From: Neoechinorhynchus agilis
Taxonomy: Eukaryota > Animalia > Acanthocephala
Length of the DNA: 64,000 nucleotides
Direction of reading: 5' to 3'
Assembly: GCA_051530055.1 (NCBI GenBank)
Contig: CM121342.1
Span: 7,758,691-7,822,690 of the forward strand
This document shows positions 25,231 to 41,461 of this stretch, piece by piece. The stretch's first letter is position 1, and each line of letters starts with the position of its first letter. The notes under the pieces are model-generated. The model had not been told where the DNA came from. It did not search any database and worked only from the letters and a program-made list of their open reading frames with translations. A program made the position numbers and the translations under genes.

Positions 25231-28200
25231 TATCGATTGAAATATTTCGCTTCGTCAGTCTTTTAAAAATACTTCAGTTATTTTGTATCTCATGGCTCGC
25301 GTTTTTAAAAGACTTGTAGCCAAATATCTCAATAAATATATATTTAAAAGTGTTGTTTAGAAATCTTCACCCGGTAAGAGTTTATTAAAGACGTTCAGTG
25401 AACCTCGTCGGGTTCATCATCAGTTCGCTGGTTATTAAAAGACGTCCCGAAAACGTCTTGGTGAAGACCTAAATAACACTTTTAATCATATAATCCGGTA
25501 CCTTCTCAGGTACCGACATTTTTACATCGATTAAAATATTTCGCTTCGTCAGTCTTTTAAAAATATTTTAGTTGTTTTCTATTGCATGGCTCGGGTTTTT
25601 AAAAGACTTTTGTAGCGAAATATCTTAATAAATATATATTTAGAAGCGTTGTTTAGAAATCTTCACCCGGTAAAGAATTTATTAAAGACGTTCAGTGAAC
25701 CTCGTCGGGTTCATCATCACTTCGCTGGTTATTAAAAGACGTCCCAAAAACGTCTTGGCGAAGACCTAAATAACACTTTTAATCATGTTACCCGGTACCT
25801 TCTCAGGTACCGACATTTTCACATCGATTGAAATATTTCGTTTCGTCAGTCTTTTAAAAATATTTTAGTTGTTTTGTATTGCATGGCTCGGGTTTTTAAA
25901 AGACTTTTGTAGCGAAACATCGCAATAAATATATATTTAGAAGTGTTGTTTAGAAGTCTTCACCCGGTAAAGAATTTATTAAATACGTTCAGTGAACCTC
26001 GTCGGGTTCATCATCACTTCGCTGGTTATTAAAAGACGTCCCAAAAACGTCTTGGCGAAGACCTAAATAACACTTTTAATCATATAATCCGGTACCTTCT
26101 CACGTACCGACATTTTCACATCGATTGAAATATTTCGTTTCGTCAGTCTTTTAAAAATATTATAGCTGTTTTGTATTGCATGGCTCGGGTTTTTAAAAGA
26201 CTTTTGTAGCGAAATATCGCAATAAATATATATTTAGAAGTGTTGTTTAGAAGTCTTCACCCGGTAAAGTGAACCTCGTCGGGTTCATCATCACTTCGCT
26301 GGTTATTAAAAGACGTCCCAAAAACGTCTTGGCGAAGACCTAAATAACACTTTTAATCATATTACCCGGTACCCTCTCATGTACCGACATTTTCACATCG
26401 ATTGAGATATTTCGCTTCGTCAGTCTTTTAAAAATATTTTAGTTGTTTTTTATTGCATGGCTCGGGGTTTTAAAGGACTTTTGTAGCGAAATATCTCAAT
26501 AAATATATATTTAGAAGTGTTGTTTTGAAGTCTTCACCCGGTAAAGAGTTTATTAAAGACGTTCAGTGAACCTCGTCGGGTTCATCATCACTTCGCTGGT
26601 TATTAAAAGACGTCCCAAAAACGTCTTGGCGAAGACCTAAATAACACTTTTAATCATATAATCCGGTACCTTCTCACGTACCGACATTTTCACATCGATT
26701 GAAATATTTCGCTTCATCAACCTTTTAAAAATATTTTTCTACATTTATTTTTGTATTGCATGGCTCGGGTTTAAAGCTTTTTTGCTGAAATGTCAAATAA
26801 ATATATTTTAAGTGGCTTGTTTAGAAGTCTTCACCAAGTAAACATTCGATTAAAGACGTTCGGTGAACCACGAAAGGATTCATCATCACTTCGCTGGTTA
26901 TTAAAAGACGTCCCAAAAACGTCTTGGCGAAGACCTAAATAACACTTTTAATCATGTTACCCGGTACCTTCTCAGGTACCGACATTTTCACATCGATTGA
27001 GATATTTTGCTTCGTCAGTCCTTTAAAAATATTTTAGTTGTTTTGTATTGCATGGCTCGGGCTTTTAAAGGACTTTTGTAGCGAAATATCTAAATAAATA
27101 TATATTTAGAAGTGTTGTTTTGAAGTCTTTAACCGGTAAAGAGTTTATTAAAGACGTTCAGTGAACGTCTTCGGGTTCATCATCACTTCGCTGGTTATTA
27201 AAAGACGTCCCGGAAACGTCTTGGCAAAGACCAAAAATAACACTTTTAATCATATTACCCGGTACCTTCTCAGGTACCGACGTTTTCACATCGATTGAGA
27301 TATTTCGCTTCGTCAGTCCTTTAAAAATATTTTAGTTGTTTTGTATTGCATGGCTCGGGTTTTTAAAAGGCTTTTGCAGCGAAATATCTCAATAAATATA
27401 TATTTAGAAGTGTTGTTTAGAAGTCTTCACCCGGTAAAGAGTTTATTAAAGACGTTCAGTGAACGTCTTCGGGTTCATCATCAGTTCGCTGGTTATTAAA
27501 AGACGTCCCGAAAACGTCTTGGCAAAGACCAAAAATAACACTTTTAATCATATTACCCGGTACCTTCTCAGGTACCGACGTTTTCACATCGATTGAGATA
27601 TTTCGCTTCGTCAGTCCTTTAAAAATATTTTAGTTGTTTTGTATTGCATGGCTCGGGGTTTTAAAAGACTTTTGCAGCGAAATATCGCAATAAATATATA
27701 TTTAGAAGTGTTGTTTAGATGTCTTCACCCGGTAAAGAGTTTATTAAAGACGTTCAGTGAACGTCTTCGGGTTCATCATCAGTTCGCTGGTTATTAAAAG
27801 ACGTCCCGAAAACATCTTGGCGAAGACCTAAATAACACTTTTAATCATATTACCCGGTACCCTCTCATGTACCGACATTTTCACATCGATTGAGATATTT
27901 CGCTTCGTCAGCCTTTTAAAAATATTTTAGTTGTTTTGTATTGCATGGCTCGGGTTTTTAAAAGACTTTTGTAGCGAAATATCCAATTAATATATATTTA
28001 GAAGTGTTGTTTAGAAATCTTTAACCGATAAAGAGTTTATTAAAGACGTTCAGTGAACGTCTTCAGGTTCATCATCACTTCGCTGGTTATTAAAAGACGT
28101 CCCAAAAACGTCTTGGCGAAGACCTAAATAACACTTTTAATCATGTTACCCGGTACCTTCTCACGCACCGACATTTTCACATCGATTAAAATATTTCGCT

Positions 28201-28660
28201 TCGTCAGTCTTTTAAAAATATTTTAGTTGTTTTGTATTGCATGGCTCGCGTTTTTAAAAGACTTTTGTAGCGAAATATCGCAATAAATATATATTTAGAA
28301 GTGTTGTTTAGAAATCTTTAACCGGTAAAGAGTTTATTAAAGACGTTCAGTGAACGTCTTCGGGTTCATCATCTGTTGTCTGGTTATTAAAAGACGTTCC
28401 TAAAACGTCTTGGTGAAGACCTAAATAACACTTTTAATCATATAATCCGGTACCTTCTCAGGTACCGACGTTTTCACATCGATTGAGATATTTCGTTTCG
28501 TCAGTCCTTTAAAAATATTTTAGTTGTTTTGTATTGCATGGCTCGGGGTTTTAAAAGACTTTTGTAGCGAAATATCGCAATAAATATATATTTAGAAGTG
28601 TTGTTTAGAAATCTTTAACCGGTAAAGAGTTTATTAAAGACGTTCAGTGAACCTCGTCGG
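25231..28660. repeat. Tandem array, ~297-bp unit, ~11.5 copies, hairpin-rich
   Basis: ATCGATT(G/A)A(A/G)ATATTT recurs about every 297 bp (25232, 25527, 25824, 26121, 26398, ... 28478). One unit has a ~22-nt deletion (~26270) and one is divergent (~26700-26890). Confidence 0.97.
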
Positions 28661-28926
28661 ATCTCTAATGTTTGGTCATCAGCAAATGAGCATTTTTTGC
28701 ATTAAAACGCGATTCCCGTGCATGCAACGAATAAAACAGAAAACTTGAACCGCTCGCCTGGTAATCGCCGCATTGAGAACCAAAGTTCTGGAAGTTGCGT
28801 TTCCACGTCATCTCGTGACTCAATGGACATGAATCGTTTTCATCAGGAAGAATCATAATGGAAATTTGTATGAAAAGATGTTGATTGCCCTTTCTGCATT
28901 TACGCTCCATATTCGTCCTTTTCAGA

Positions 28927-31801
<2,875 letters not shown>

Positions 31802-32121
31802 TTTAGGTTCTCAAGCTTTTCTCAAGGGAAAAATAAATGACAGTGAAAGAAATGTGTTCCGCTCGTTTCAATGGCTTATTTGGAATGAAACTCTAGCTGT
31901 CATCTCTTTTTGGAACGGAATTGTGAGTTTTCTAAGTACACTTGTTGCTAAACAGCTTCTTCTTATTTTTTCTCCAAAATTTTTATACGCATAAACGATT
32001 CAGTGTTTTTATGGAATTGCATAATTTTTTTATTTGATATCAACCGAAAAAAGTGCGCTAATATATTTTTTAAACCCCTCACAGTTTAAGGATCATATTT
32101 TCTCGATTTCCAATTCTATAG

Positions 32122-32989
32122 ATGGCTCGCCGCTACGACACTCGTTCAACGATCTTTAGTCCCGAAGGTCGCCTCTACCAAGTGGAATACGCCCTGGAAG
32201 CTATTTCATCAGCGGGCACTTGTATTGGTATTCTAACAAAAGAAGGTGTTGTGCTAGCAGTTGAGCGGCGCCACACGAATCTCAAACTGCTGGACGATCT
32301 CACAACGTCATCTTCAAAGAGCAAAGATTATTCATTTCCTCTATCAGACAAGCTATACATGGCAATCTCTGTCCTGTATTCTTTTCAAAAACAAGACAAA
32401 GTCTGCCTCTAAAGTTCACGACCGGATGTGTTGTGCAGTTGCTGGACTTACGTCGGACGCCAATGTGCTCATTAGCGATTTGAGAGCAATCGCGAAACGA
32501 TACGAGTTGGTGTATCGCGAACAAGTTCCATGTGACTACCTCGTTTCCCAACTATGCAACCTTAAACATGCTTACACCCAATTCGGTGGAAAGCGTCCGT
32601 TTGGTGTTTCATTCCTTTACGCAGGTTATGACAAGTATCGTGGTTATCAACTATTTCAAAGTGATCCATCTGGGAACTATTCCGGATGGAAGGCATACGC
32701 CATTGGATACAATTCAACCGGAGCTAATAGTTATCTTCGACAAGAGTATAAATACGATGAAATGACCTTGGATCGAGCTAAAGTCCTTGCCGTTAGAAGT
32801 CTTTACAAAGCAGTCGATACGAGTAAACTAAAGGCTGATAAGTGCGAATGCGTGGTACTCGCTGGAAAGGGCGAAATTTTTGAACATATTAACAAAGAAG
32901 AAATCGAATCGCACATTGAAGAGTACGAAAAGTTTTTAAAGGAACAAGAAGATACTGCGAAGGAGTCCAGCGGTGGTAAACATTCTTAG
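32122..32989 (+). CDS. PSMA4: 20S proteasome subunit alpha type-4 (alpha-3), one short intron near 32362
   Basis: [28 protein letters not shown]; [13 protein letters not shown]; [20 protein letters not shown]; [12 protein letters not shown]. The reading frame changes across 32362-32414. Confidence 0.95.
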
Positions 32990-33016
32990 AAGTTGAAGAA
33001 AAAATAAACTTTTTTC

Positions 33017-34223
33017 TTAACTATCTCGCTGGCGTGTACTTGAGATCAATTGCTTTTGAATCCTTCGACCGACGTTGTTTATCAAGTTTGCTGCTGTTAT
33101 GATCAACTTGTTTGTTGCTGCAGGACTTGACCCAGATTTTGATAAGGTTGATGCACTCGCTTTCAAACGACAAGAACCTTCACGGTCCTTCTTAATCCAA
33201 TTACTATTGACGGAGTCTTCATCACGGTAAATGCCGTAGACCGAGTTGGAATAATGAGCATACTGACAAAAGTCCACTGCTTAATGGAATATCTTCGTAA
33301 TTTCGAAAAATAATATGGTCACTGTCCAAAGAAAAGCATAGTTTAATGAAGAACCTACACCAAAAGTGGCCCATCTGAAGGTTTGTTGACATTGTGACTC
33401 ATTTTTCGTTGTGATTTTAGAAATGGTGGAAGACGGCATTGAACGAAAGTTATCGTTTGGGTCGTCAGTAACAAAAATAACTGGTTTCCTTTTCAACAAA
33501 CACCACTCCATGTGAGCCATTTCGGTTACTATTTGATTTTGTGATAAATGCACAAAATGGCTCACACGCGAGATCATATCGTTGGCGTCCGTTGCTAGTG
33601 ACAAAATAACTCATTGTGGGTTTATAGCCTTAAGCGCTTCATACCAAACGAACTTCCCTGTGTAAGAAATTTCGGGTACTATTTGATTTTGGATTAAATC
33701 AGATATTTTAAAAAATTCCAAAATAGATATTTTACGAGTTCACCTTCTTAATTTTCATTATCACGTATTTACCACAGTGTGTTTCGTTCAATATAATTGG
33801 GAATTTCCATATCGCAACTACTGCCGTAAATTTTTTCGAAGTCCGTCGTTTTTTTGTCAGTGTCCACTTCACTCTTTGCCATCAATAAAGTTTTACGCCG
33901 ACAAAATACATTGTATTTACTGTTAAAGTTTTAGAATCCTTATCGGCATTTCCCTAAAGGCAATATAATTGCTACAAATTGTTGAATTATCACAAGGCTG
34001 CAAAAACTAAGACCTCATCCCGTATCGATGGACTTTTGTTGTACTGACGATCGCCTCCGTATACTTTTTCACTCCTCTGAGACTCATCTGTGAATCGATC
34101 CGGTGTTTCATAGCACGTATTTATGATGGCTAATGGCTCAATTATTCGTGGATTTGTTTGTAACGCCTGTGCTCGCGAACGTCGCCGTTGGCGATCAACG
34201 CTGACGCTCGTAGCTCTGCTCAT
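33017..34223 (-). CDS. Possible unidentified gene convergent with PSMA4 (ORFs 33990-34223, 33281-33604, 33017-33277)
   Basis: Three same-strand ORFs with non-repetitive, coding-like composition and one hydrophobic stretch. Splice structure not resolved; no homology recognised. Confidence 0.3.
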
Positions 34224-34357
34224 TTTTTTGAAAACGTCTGAGCAACTCTTATCGTCTTATTACATTTGGAAAGCGACGTTTTGGTTAGAGTCAAAAGGTC
34301 ATGCTTCCATGACAACCCTTTAATATTCTTCTTAGCTGAATTGAAAGTCTTTGAGAA

Positions 34358-34657
34358 ATGTCGTCAAGTGATTCAGATGGACATCCCTGCTCCAGTCAAT
34401 CAGCCATGACAAGCGAAACTTCATCAGATGTTCAATGCTGCCAATTGGGCATGTTTACAGACGCGGAACATTTATTTAGTGGGATAAGGAAAGCCGGACC
34501 AGTTTACTGTCATATGATGCGTGATGGTCAGTGGATGTGTGAAGATTTGGACGCACTGGTTGATCGCATTCGACAAGCGCCGAAAAGCGCAGATCCCGAT
34601 AATACCGTCGATATATATTGCGATTCACGATGGGGATTATCTTACCGTTCAATTTAA
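34358..34657 (+). CDS. Small 99-aa unidentified protein
   Basis: ATG start with AG 2 nt upstream; AATAAA at 34664-34669, just after the stop. Confidence 0.4.
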   Translation: MSSSDSDGHPCSSQSAMTSETSSDVQCCQLGMFTDAEHLFSGIRKAGPVYCHMMRDGQWMCEDLDALVDRIRQAPKSADPDNTVDIYCDSRWGLSYRSI

Positions 34658-34973
34658 TTTTAGAATAAATTCATCGACGTAGTGTAATGAGCTACTTGGG
34701 TTGCTAGCGTATAGTCTTTAGTCAAAATAAACGCTTAGATTTATTCAGTAACTGCTGTGTATTTGAAACTTTGATAGGAATCCGCTTTCGAAAATAAACT
34801 TACAATGAGACGAGCGAACAGCGAAACGTTTTTGATTCCTGCAGTACTAACGAACAAGATAAAGCCAATCCGCCCATTTGTTTTGGATTCGCTGTCAATT
34901 AAGTTCCATCCCAAATCAAATTTCTGTCGAATTAAATTGTTTCCGCTGACTGAATTTCTTCTTTTAGATCACA

Positions 34974-37730
34974 ATGAAGATTCTGAGCCTGAATCCGTCC
35001 CGCGTCCATCTCACCTTCGTCCGCCTCTATACTAATCGAAATATCACCAAATTGCGTGAGCGCGGTTTATTCCTTGAGATTCTCCCAACCGAGAGGTATT
35101 AAGAACGTTCATTTAAAACCACTTTACTCATTATCGCTTAGCCAACAGATCGTTGATCAGCTCACAAGGACACCTCAATCGGTGTACTGTGGATTCGATC
35201 CAACTTCACCATCTCTTCACATTGGGCATCTACTCTGCCTTATAAACCTTATCCATTGCCAACGAGCGGGACATCAGCCTATCGTTGTAGTAAGATTCCA
35301 TTTTTGAATCTTTGTGATTTGATTGTCTATGCTTTTGTTAGATTGGTGGAGCTACCGCTATTCTTGGAGATCCGAGTGGTCATGACAAAGAGAGAGTTCC
35401 TCTGGACGATACAAGGGTTGTTGAAAATTCAATGGCTATTCAGCACACGGTCAAGAGTGTGTTCGATAATCATCAAAAATATTTTTGGAAACAACAGGAT
35501 CATTTAGCTCCTGTTTAGTAAGTATATAATATATTTTTGAGCTTACTTAAGTCAACTAGATTTATTCGTAATAGTAAAATTAGCCTGAAAAAGGTGAAAA
35601 TAGTTTCTCGTTTTATTTATCGACGAATTTGTTATTGTAGTCCTTGGAAAAATCGGTTCTTCGGGTCAATCCTCATTTTATATAACCGCTAAAGAAATAT
35701 TGAAAAGGCCTCAAATTAACCCGAAATTATTCATGCATTCAATTGTTATTTATTTTTGCATCTGCAACCGTATTTCATGCTCAATTTTAAGGCGTTAAGA
35801 ATCTTAAGAATGTCAAGTGCTTTTCCATAGTGCAGCATTAGCCAACTAGAATAGTTCTAGGTTTTTATGCATATTGGAGATCAATTTTTTTATTAAGTAT
35901 CCTGAACAATCTTCAATGGTATGAGAGAATGAACGTGATTAATTTTCTGTCTAAATATGGAAAAGACTTTCGCCTGGGAGATCTTTTATCAAGAAAAACG
36001 TAAGTACAATAAACCGTTCTCGCGGTAGCAAATATTTCTCTAGTGTGCGAGATAGAATGGAAAGTTCCTCTTCCGGTGGATTATCCGTGACTGAATTTTG
36101 TTACCAAATATTTCAAGCTTATGATTGGTTCCATTTATCACAGAAATATGGATGCAGGTTTCAGGTTGTACCGATTACTGTTTTGCAGAAAAATTTGTAA
36201 AAATGGGTTTTTTGTAGATTGGTGGCAATGACCAACAAGGAAACATAAGAACGGGCATTGAGTTCCTCAAGCGGCATCTTGATCTTAATGTCTATGGTCT
36301 TTCTTGCCCTTTGTTAGTGGACAATCGCGGCTTTAAATTAGGCAAATCAAGTCCACTACGACAACGATTCTGGCTCAACAAAACGATGTCTTCGCCGTTC
36401 GATATTTATCAGGTTAGTTTCTTCAAACGATCCTTCTTTACATTGATTTAGCATTTTCGAAATGTATCGGACTCCCAAGTTGAACAGTATCTTAAACTGT
36501 TCACTTTTATTCCCGATATAGAAATAAGTAATATCATGAGAGAACACATTCGGAACCCAGAACGGTACAAGGCACAAGTCATTCTGGCCAAAAATGTTGT
36601 TCATCTCGTTCATGGAGGTATGTTAAATCCTTCTTTAAAGATTTTACCCTTTTACATACGTGTTTTTCAAGTTACTGAATTATGTTAAAGTTGTTTCGAA
36701 GACATTTAGAACCTTTGAATTGAACATGCGATACTGCTGGACTCGTAAAGTTCGGCTGATTGCAAACAATTTTGTCTATTTATAATAAATCGTAAAATTT
36801 GTCTATGAACAATCACAACGATTAATAGTTTAGATCGTTTTTAATCGTTTAAATTTCCGCGATTTAAGTTGTATTTTTGTTCTGATTTGCCTCTCTTAGG
36901 ATGATTAAAATAGGAACTTGTCTTTGTTACAATTTAATTTTTAAATGTTTGAATTTTTTCTCGTTATAAACCTTCACCTATTTTATAGAGTCGTGCACAA
37001 GGTGAAAAATAAATTATATCTTAATGATGGAACTTCAAGCTCTTAGAAAATTACTTTAATCTTCAATGTAATCAACAAATCAAAAAATTATTTTTAGTTT
37101 TTCATATTGAAACGTTCTACTTGACACCAGATGAACCTTAAATTATCTTCTTAAATAGATAGTCGATAAGAGATAAAAAATTCCTTCTATCATGGGTCGC
37201 TCTATCTACTTAAGATATTGAAGCTATTTTAGATTTTAGTTGAATTTATTTCTATCTCATTTTTAATACATTCGTTTTTTAGACGAAGGCCTGGAGGATG
37301 CATTGCTTTGTACGGAGGCTTTATTCTCACAAAAGACTGAAGCTCTCGCCAAATTAAACATGGTCCAGCTCGAACGGCTCTTTCTAAACATTCCATCGAT
37401 AAATTTAGCGTATGAACCTGGTAAATATTTCTTATCGAAGTTTCAATTTTACAATTTATTATTGCAGGGTTAACACTGAAGCGAATGATTGTGCAGACCA
37501 GACATTGTGAGACTGAAATCGATGCTGAAAATTTGATCCAAAAGGGAGCCGTGTATTTGAACCATGTTCGTATTACTAATCCGGATGTTGTGATTCTGAA
37601 CGACGAGCATGTGCTTCCTAGCAAATGCAGTGTTTTGATGATCGGTTAGTATAAACATAAGGTCTCAAGTTATTTGAGTTCTATTTTAGGAAAGAAAGCG
37701 TACTTTCTTATCAGGTGGCAAAATACGTGA
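34974..37730 (+). CDS. YARS2: Tyrosyl-tRNA synthetase, mitochondrial type, multi-exon
   Basis: Spliced product: [34 protein letters not shown] (HIGH), [52 protein letters not shown] (KMSKS-like), SPFDIYQ, S4-like end [13 protein letters not shown]. Canonical GT-AG introns, mostly 39-55 nt. Confidence 0.93.
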
Positions 37731-37879
37731 TCGCAAATGGAGCTCTTGTTGACTTTTTAGAATATGACAATTGTTTATTTGAACGTGCTGGTGCTGAAAG
37801 ACGGACATTATTTTTGATTAACTGTAATCAGATCGCTGTTCTAAGGTCAAAACGCATAACTAATATTTTAACATAATGA

Positions 37880-40130
37880 CTTTTTCACTATGTTTTTTCA
37901 TTCCGACACCGCCTTAATTCCTGGTTACACTTCTTTACACAATTACAGAGGCGAACGTACAGGGGGTGGTCTCCATTTTCATTCGATCCGCTTTCCCTTA
38001 TTCCCTCTTCAACTCAGTTCCTTACAAATCACCATATTTAGAGTACATCTATACAACCCTCTCTCTCAAACCGGTATATATCGTCCTCATTCAGCCAATC
38101 AACAAATAGCATCGCAGAAGATCGATGCACTAATAGCAAATCTGCACTCTCTTGGTCTTGAACATCTAATCATTCTCGGTAAATAGAAATAATCTTCCTA
38201 CACCTTGACTTCGTTCAGTCAGGACAATTTCTTACCTGCCAAAACTCACACCACGTCCAATATCATCCTCAGACCATTGAACAGTACTCCTTTCTCCCTC
38301 CGCTCCTCCTCAACCCGTCCGGTCAGTCCCCTTTACCGTCTAGAATAAAAGAGATCAACGCATATTCGCATTTACGAAATTGTTCTCCCAGAATCTCCAT
38401 TCACACAGAAAATCTATTTTTCGCCCGGATCCCTCACAGGCAATGCTTTCTCTCACGAACATACTTTCTCATGACTGCATCTAATCCCGGAACAACCGTT
38501 CGCCTTTCAAGCTGCGATCCACCTTGGATTTCCCATTCTTTGAAAATGCTCCAAATAAAGGTTAATAAAATCATACCACACATGTAGTCCTGATATTCTC
38601 CGTCTTCAATTATCTCTTGCTCATCGATTCTAAACTCACACAAGACCTTTTATGCACATAAACTCGCCTCTGGTTGAAAAACACAAAAAACGCCCTATGC
38701 ATAGAAAGGCAAAAACTTTTCTCTAACCTCTCAAACTCCGGCTTCCTCTTTACACCAAACTCTATCAATGTGCAACTTTATGACTGTCATTCGAACACAA
38801 ACAAATAGTCATCCCCTTCCAGATCTACACCACCGTTCTCAGCTTCTACTGCTTCACCTCCCATGATTTCCACGTATGATATTCTCATGCCTCCTCGGAA
38901 ACTACCACGCAAATCATCCACTAACTTTCCCATTCCCTACTGGGCTCTACGCTTTATCACCCCTGATTTAATTGATCCACTAACCCATATAATCAACCAA
39001 AGTTTCAAGGCCGGAACCTTCTCTAATTGCCTTAAAACAGATCGGGCAAACCTGCTCCCGAAAGCAGCTAGACTTGTATTCATCTCAAGTTTTCGACCCA
39101 TCTCTTTCTTACCTTCCTTCTTTAAAATCTTAGAGAGATGCTTTAAAGCACACCTTCTATCAATCTTCATTCTAAAAATTACACTTATTCAATTCGGTTT
39201 CCGGCCCAAATTTTCGTGTACGGATGCTCTTCTGTCATATAATTTTCTAGTCTTTATAATCTTGATGCACACCCATCATTTATCTCTCAACTCATCCAAA
39301 TCGACATTCACAAAGCTTTCGGTTCCATCGATCAAAAAAGGAACTTGTCAATAAGTCCAAGGACTTCATTGCAAACATCCTGAAGTTCTTTTTCGATCAC
39401 AAAACGGTAGTTTTTAGTCGTGCTCTAAACTTGGTCTTGCCACCTTGCAAATCAAATGGTTGAAATTCTTCCTAAACAATAGATTACAATTTATCGAAAT
39501 AGGGAACATTGCCTCGAACACTAGTTCTCAACAAATGAGTCCCAAGGGTCCTCTTCTCTCCCCCATTCTTTTCAACATTTTCCTGAATAATCTTATTCCA
39601 TCCTCTTTTTATTCTAAATACTTTTTGTATGCTGATGATCTTACAATCATTACGCACGGCTCCCCTCTCACTCTCAATTACTTCTAACGAGATTTCTCAC
39701 GTTCAAGCATTTTGCTCTTCTAAATGTCTTACAATTAACTGAACCAAGTGCTTCGAAATCGTCCCCTCAATCTCAAATAGCCCTTCCGATCAGCCGCTTC
39801 GTCCTTTTCCTATCAATCTTGTGTACCCTCGTCGTATACTTGGTCTTCATTTTCAGAAAAATCTAAAGTGAAACAAGCACATATCAATTTCGTTGCACAA
39901 AGGATCCATTAAGCTCTATCTTCTTAAACGCCTTCCATTCCTCCGATTATACCTTAAGTACTTTTATATGCCATGTCATCCTACCAACGCTCACCCACGC
40001 AAATCCTACTTTCTGCAATTTTTTAAACTATTCCAAAAACTAAAATACATTTCATCAGATGTGCGCTCTTTTTGCTCCTTCCAACTCGTGCCTTTAGAAG
40101 AACGCCTCGCTCTAATATTTAAAAAGTAAT
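37880..40130 (+). mobile_element. Degenerate L2/CR1-like LINE (APE + RT)
   Basis: IPGYT..RGERTGGG; FRPISFLPSFFKILE; QFGFRPKFSCTDAL; LLSPILFNIFLNNL; LYADDL. Confidence 0.8.
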
Positions 40131-41049
40131 CAGAGCGCTTTCATTCTCTTCCTCCTCTTAGATTTCTACCACACATTCCTCCCTTTACTAACACTTACAA
40201 CATTTGCGTCGCCCAACATTTTCCATCTTTCAGTTCCTCGCACAGCGCTCTTTCTTCCCCGCAGCTCAATCCTCCAAATACGAATCGATTCGGAGGAAAG
40301 AGCGGAAAACAACAACCTTACAACTAAACGTTTATGAGCTGCGAAGATGGAACAATGAAAACCCGGCCAAAACTCACAAGTTTCACTGGATACTTGAGTT
40401 GCATAGCTCAATGGCTTGTATTTTCCCAAATCAAACCTACATATTCTGAGTTTTACTCTCTAGATTGTTTTAAGGTTTACTCTATTCTATCAGTCGTTTT
40501 TCACACTCTTCGTAAATCGATCATTTGCATATCCGATAATCCTGCATTCGATTTCCAAAAAACACAAAAAAGCTTCAATCGATAAAATAACGCTTTCCCA
40601 GGAGTGATGGGTTTTTCTTAACTGGACGAACTGAATAACAACAACTTTCTTCTTGCTTTTCCTTTCTCGGGGTCGCACAGTTCACACACCCCTCCGCCCC
40701 GTTTCTCTCTCAAATGTCGGTCCTCAGCCGCACAATCTTTCAATCGTTTTCTCGACCTTCCGCACCTCCTGGACCCTTAGATTTCCATTTCCTCTTTCGA
40801 ATGAATCGATTCGGCTCTTCATATTTCACCATATCACTCCATTTGATCCTCCGTTTCGTGATATCTTTCTTCACCTGAGCCCCGGACCGCCTTATTTGGG
40901 ATCATTCTTGCCTGGTCACCCCTGACCTCTATGGATATTTCGTATGGGTCCGTCGCTTTCTCGTTTTTCATGCTTTTTTAATTTTTTTAGGTTTAAATTT
41001 ATTTAACCAAAAGCAAGCATACAAAATTTATAGTTTCTTCGACGCCCCT

Positions 41050-41250
41050 ATTCATCGGCGCTGGCCAAAATGCTAGCCGCATTGCCCCGCTGCACCGCAA
41101 TGCTTATTTTTTGCACCAAGAACGACGTCGATCTTGGCTCTCCAGTCGCCGCGTTGATTCGTTTCCCTAAGTTCTTCACGCGGGCCAGTGCCGACCCTCC
41201 CAAGGCCGTTTCCACACCGAAGGGGACAAAATGGTAATTTCGGATTAGCT
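41050..41250 (-). mobile_element. CRE-like retrotransposon 3' RLE fragment
   Basis: NYHFVPFGVETALGG..LGKRINAATGEPRSTSFLVQKISIAVQRGNAASIL. Confidence 0.8.
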
Positions 41251-41259
41251 CCCCTTTGA

Positions 41260-41375
41260 TTATTGACATTTTGCAACCTTATTAACCTCCCCGATGACTG
41301 ATTTATTTGTACGAATTTTCGTCTGCATGCAGGTAAGTCATCGGGGAGGTTAATAAGGTTGCACAATGTCAATAA
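41260..41375. repeat. 40-bp inverted repeat with 36-nt spacer (foldback)
   Basis: 41260-41299 is the reverse complement of 41336-41375, with a single mismatch at 41364. Confidence 0.95.
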
Positions 41376-41461
41376 AGTTTTTTTCTGACTCTGACCTCTG
41401 TGAATGGTCGAATTTTTAATGCCGCCACCGTTGAAGCTCTGTGCTGTCTGACACCGCTTTG

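Noticed and set aside
25231-28660. CRISPR array or tandem SL-RNA/5S gene array
   Set aside because: Whole units repeat with no unique spacers, there are no cas genes and the context is eukaryotic. I found no 5S similarity and no convincing leader + GT donor + Sm site.
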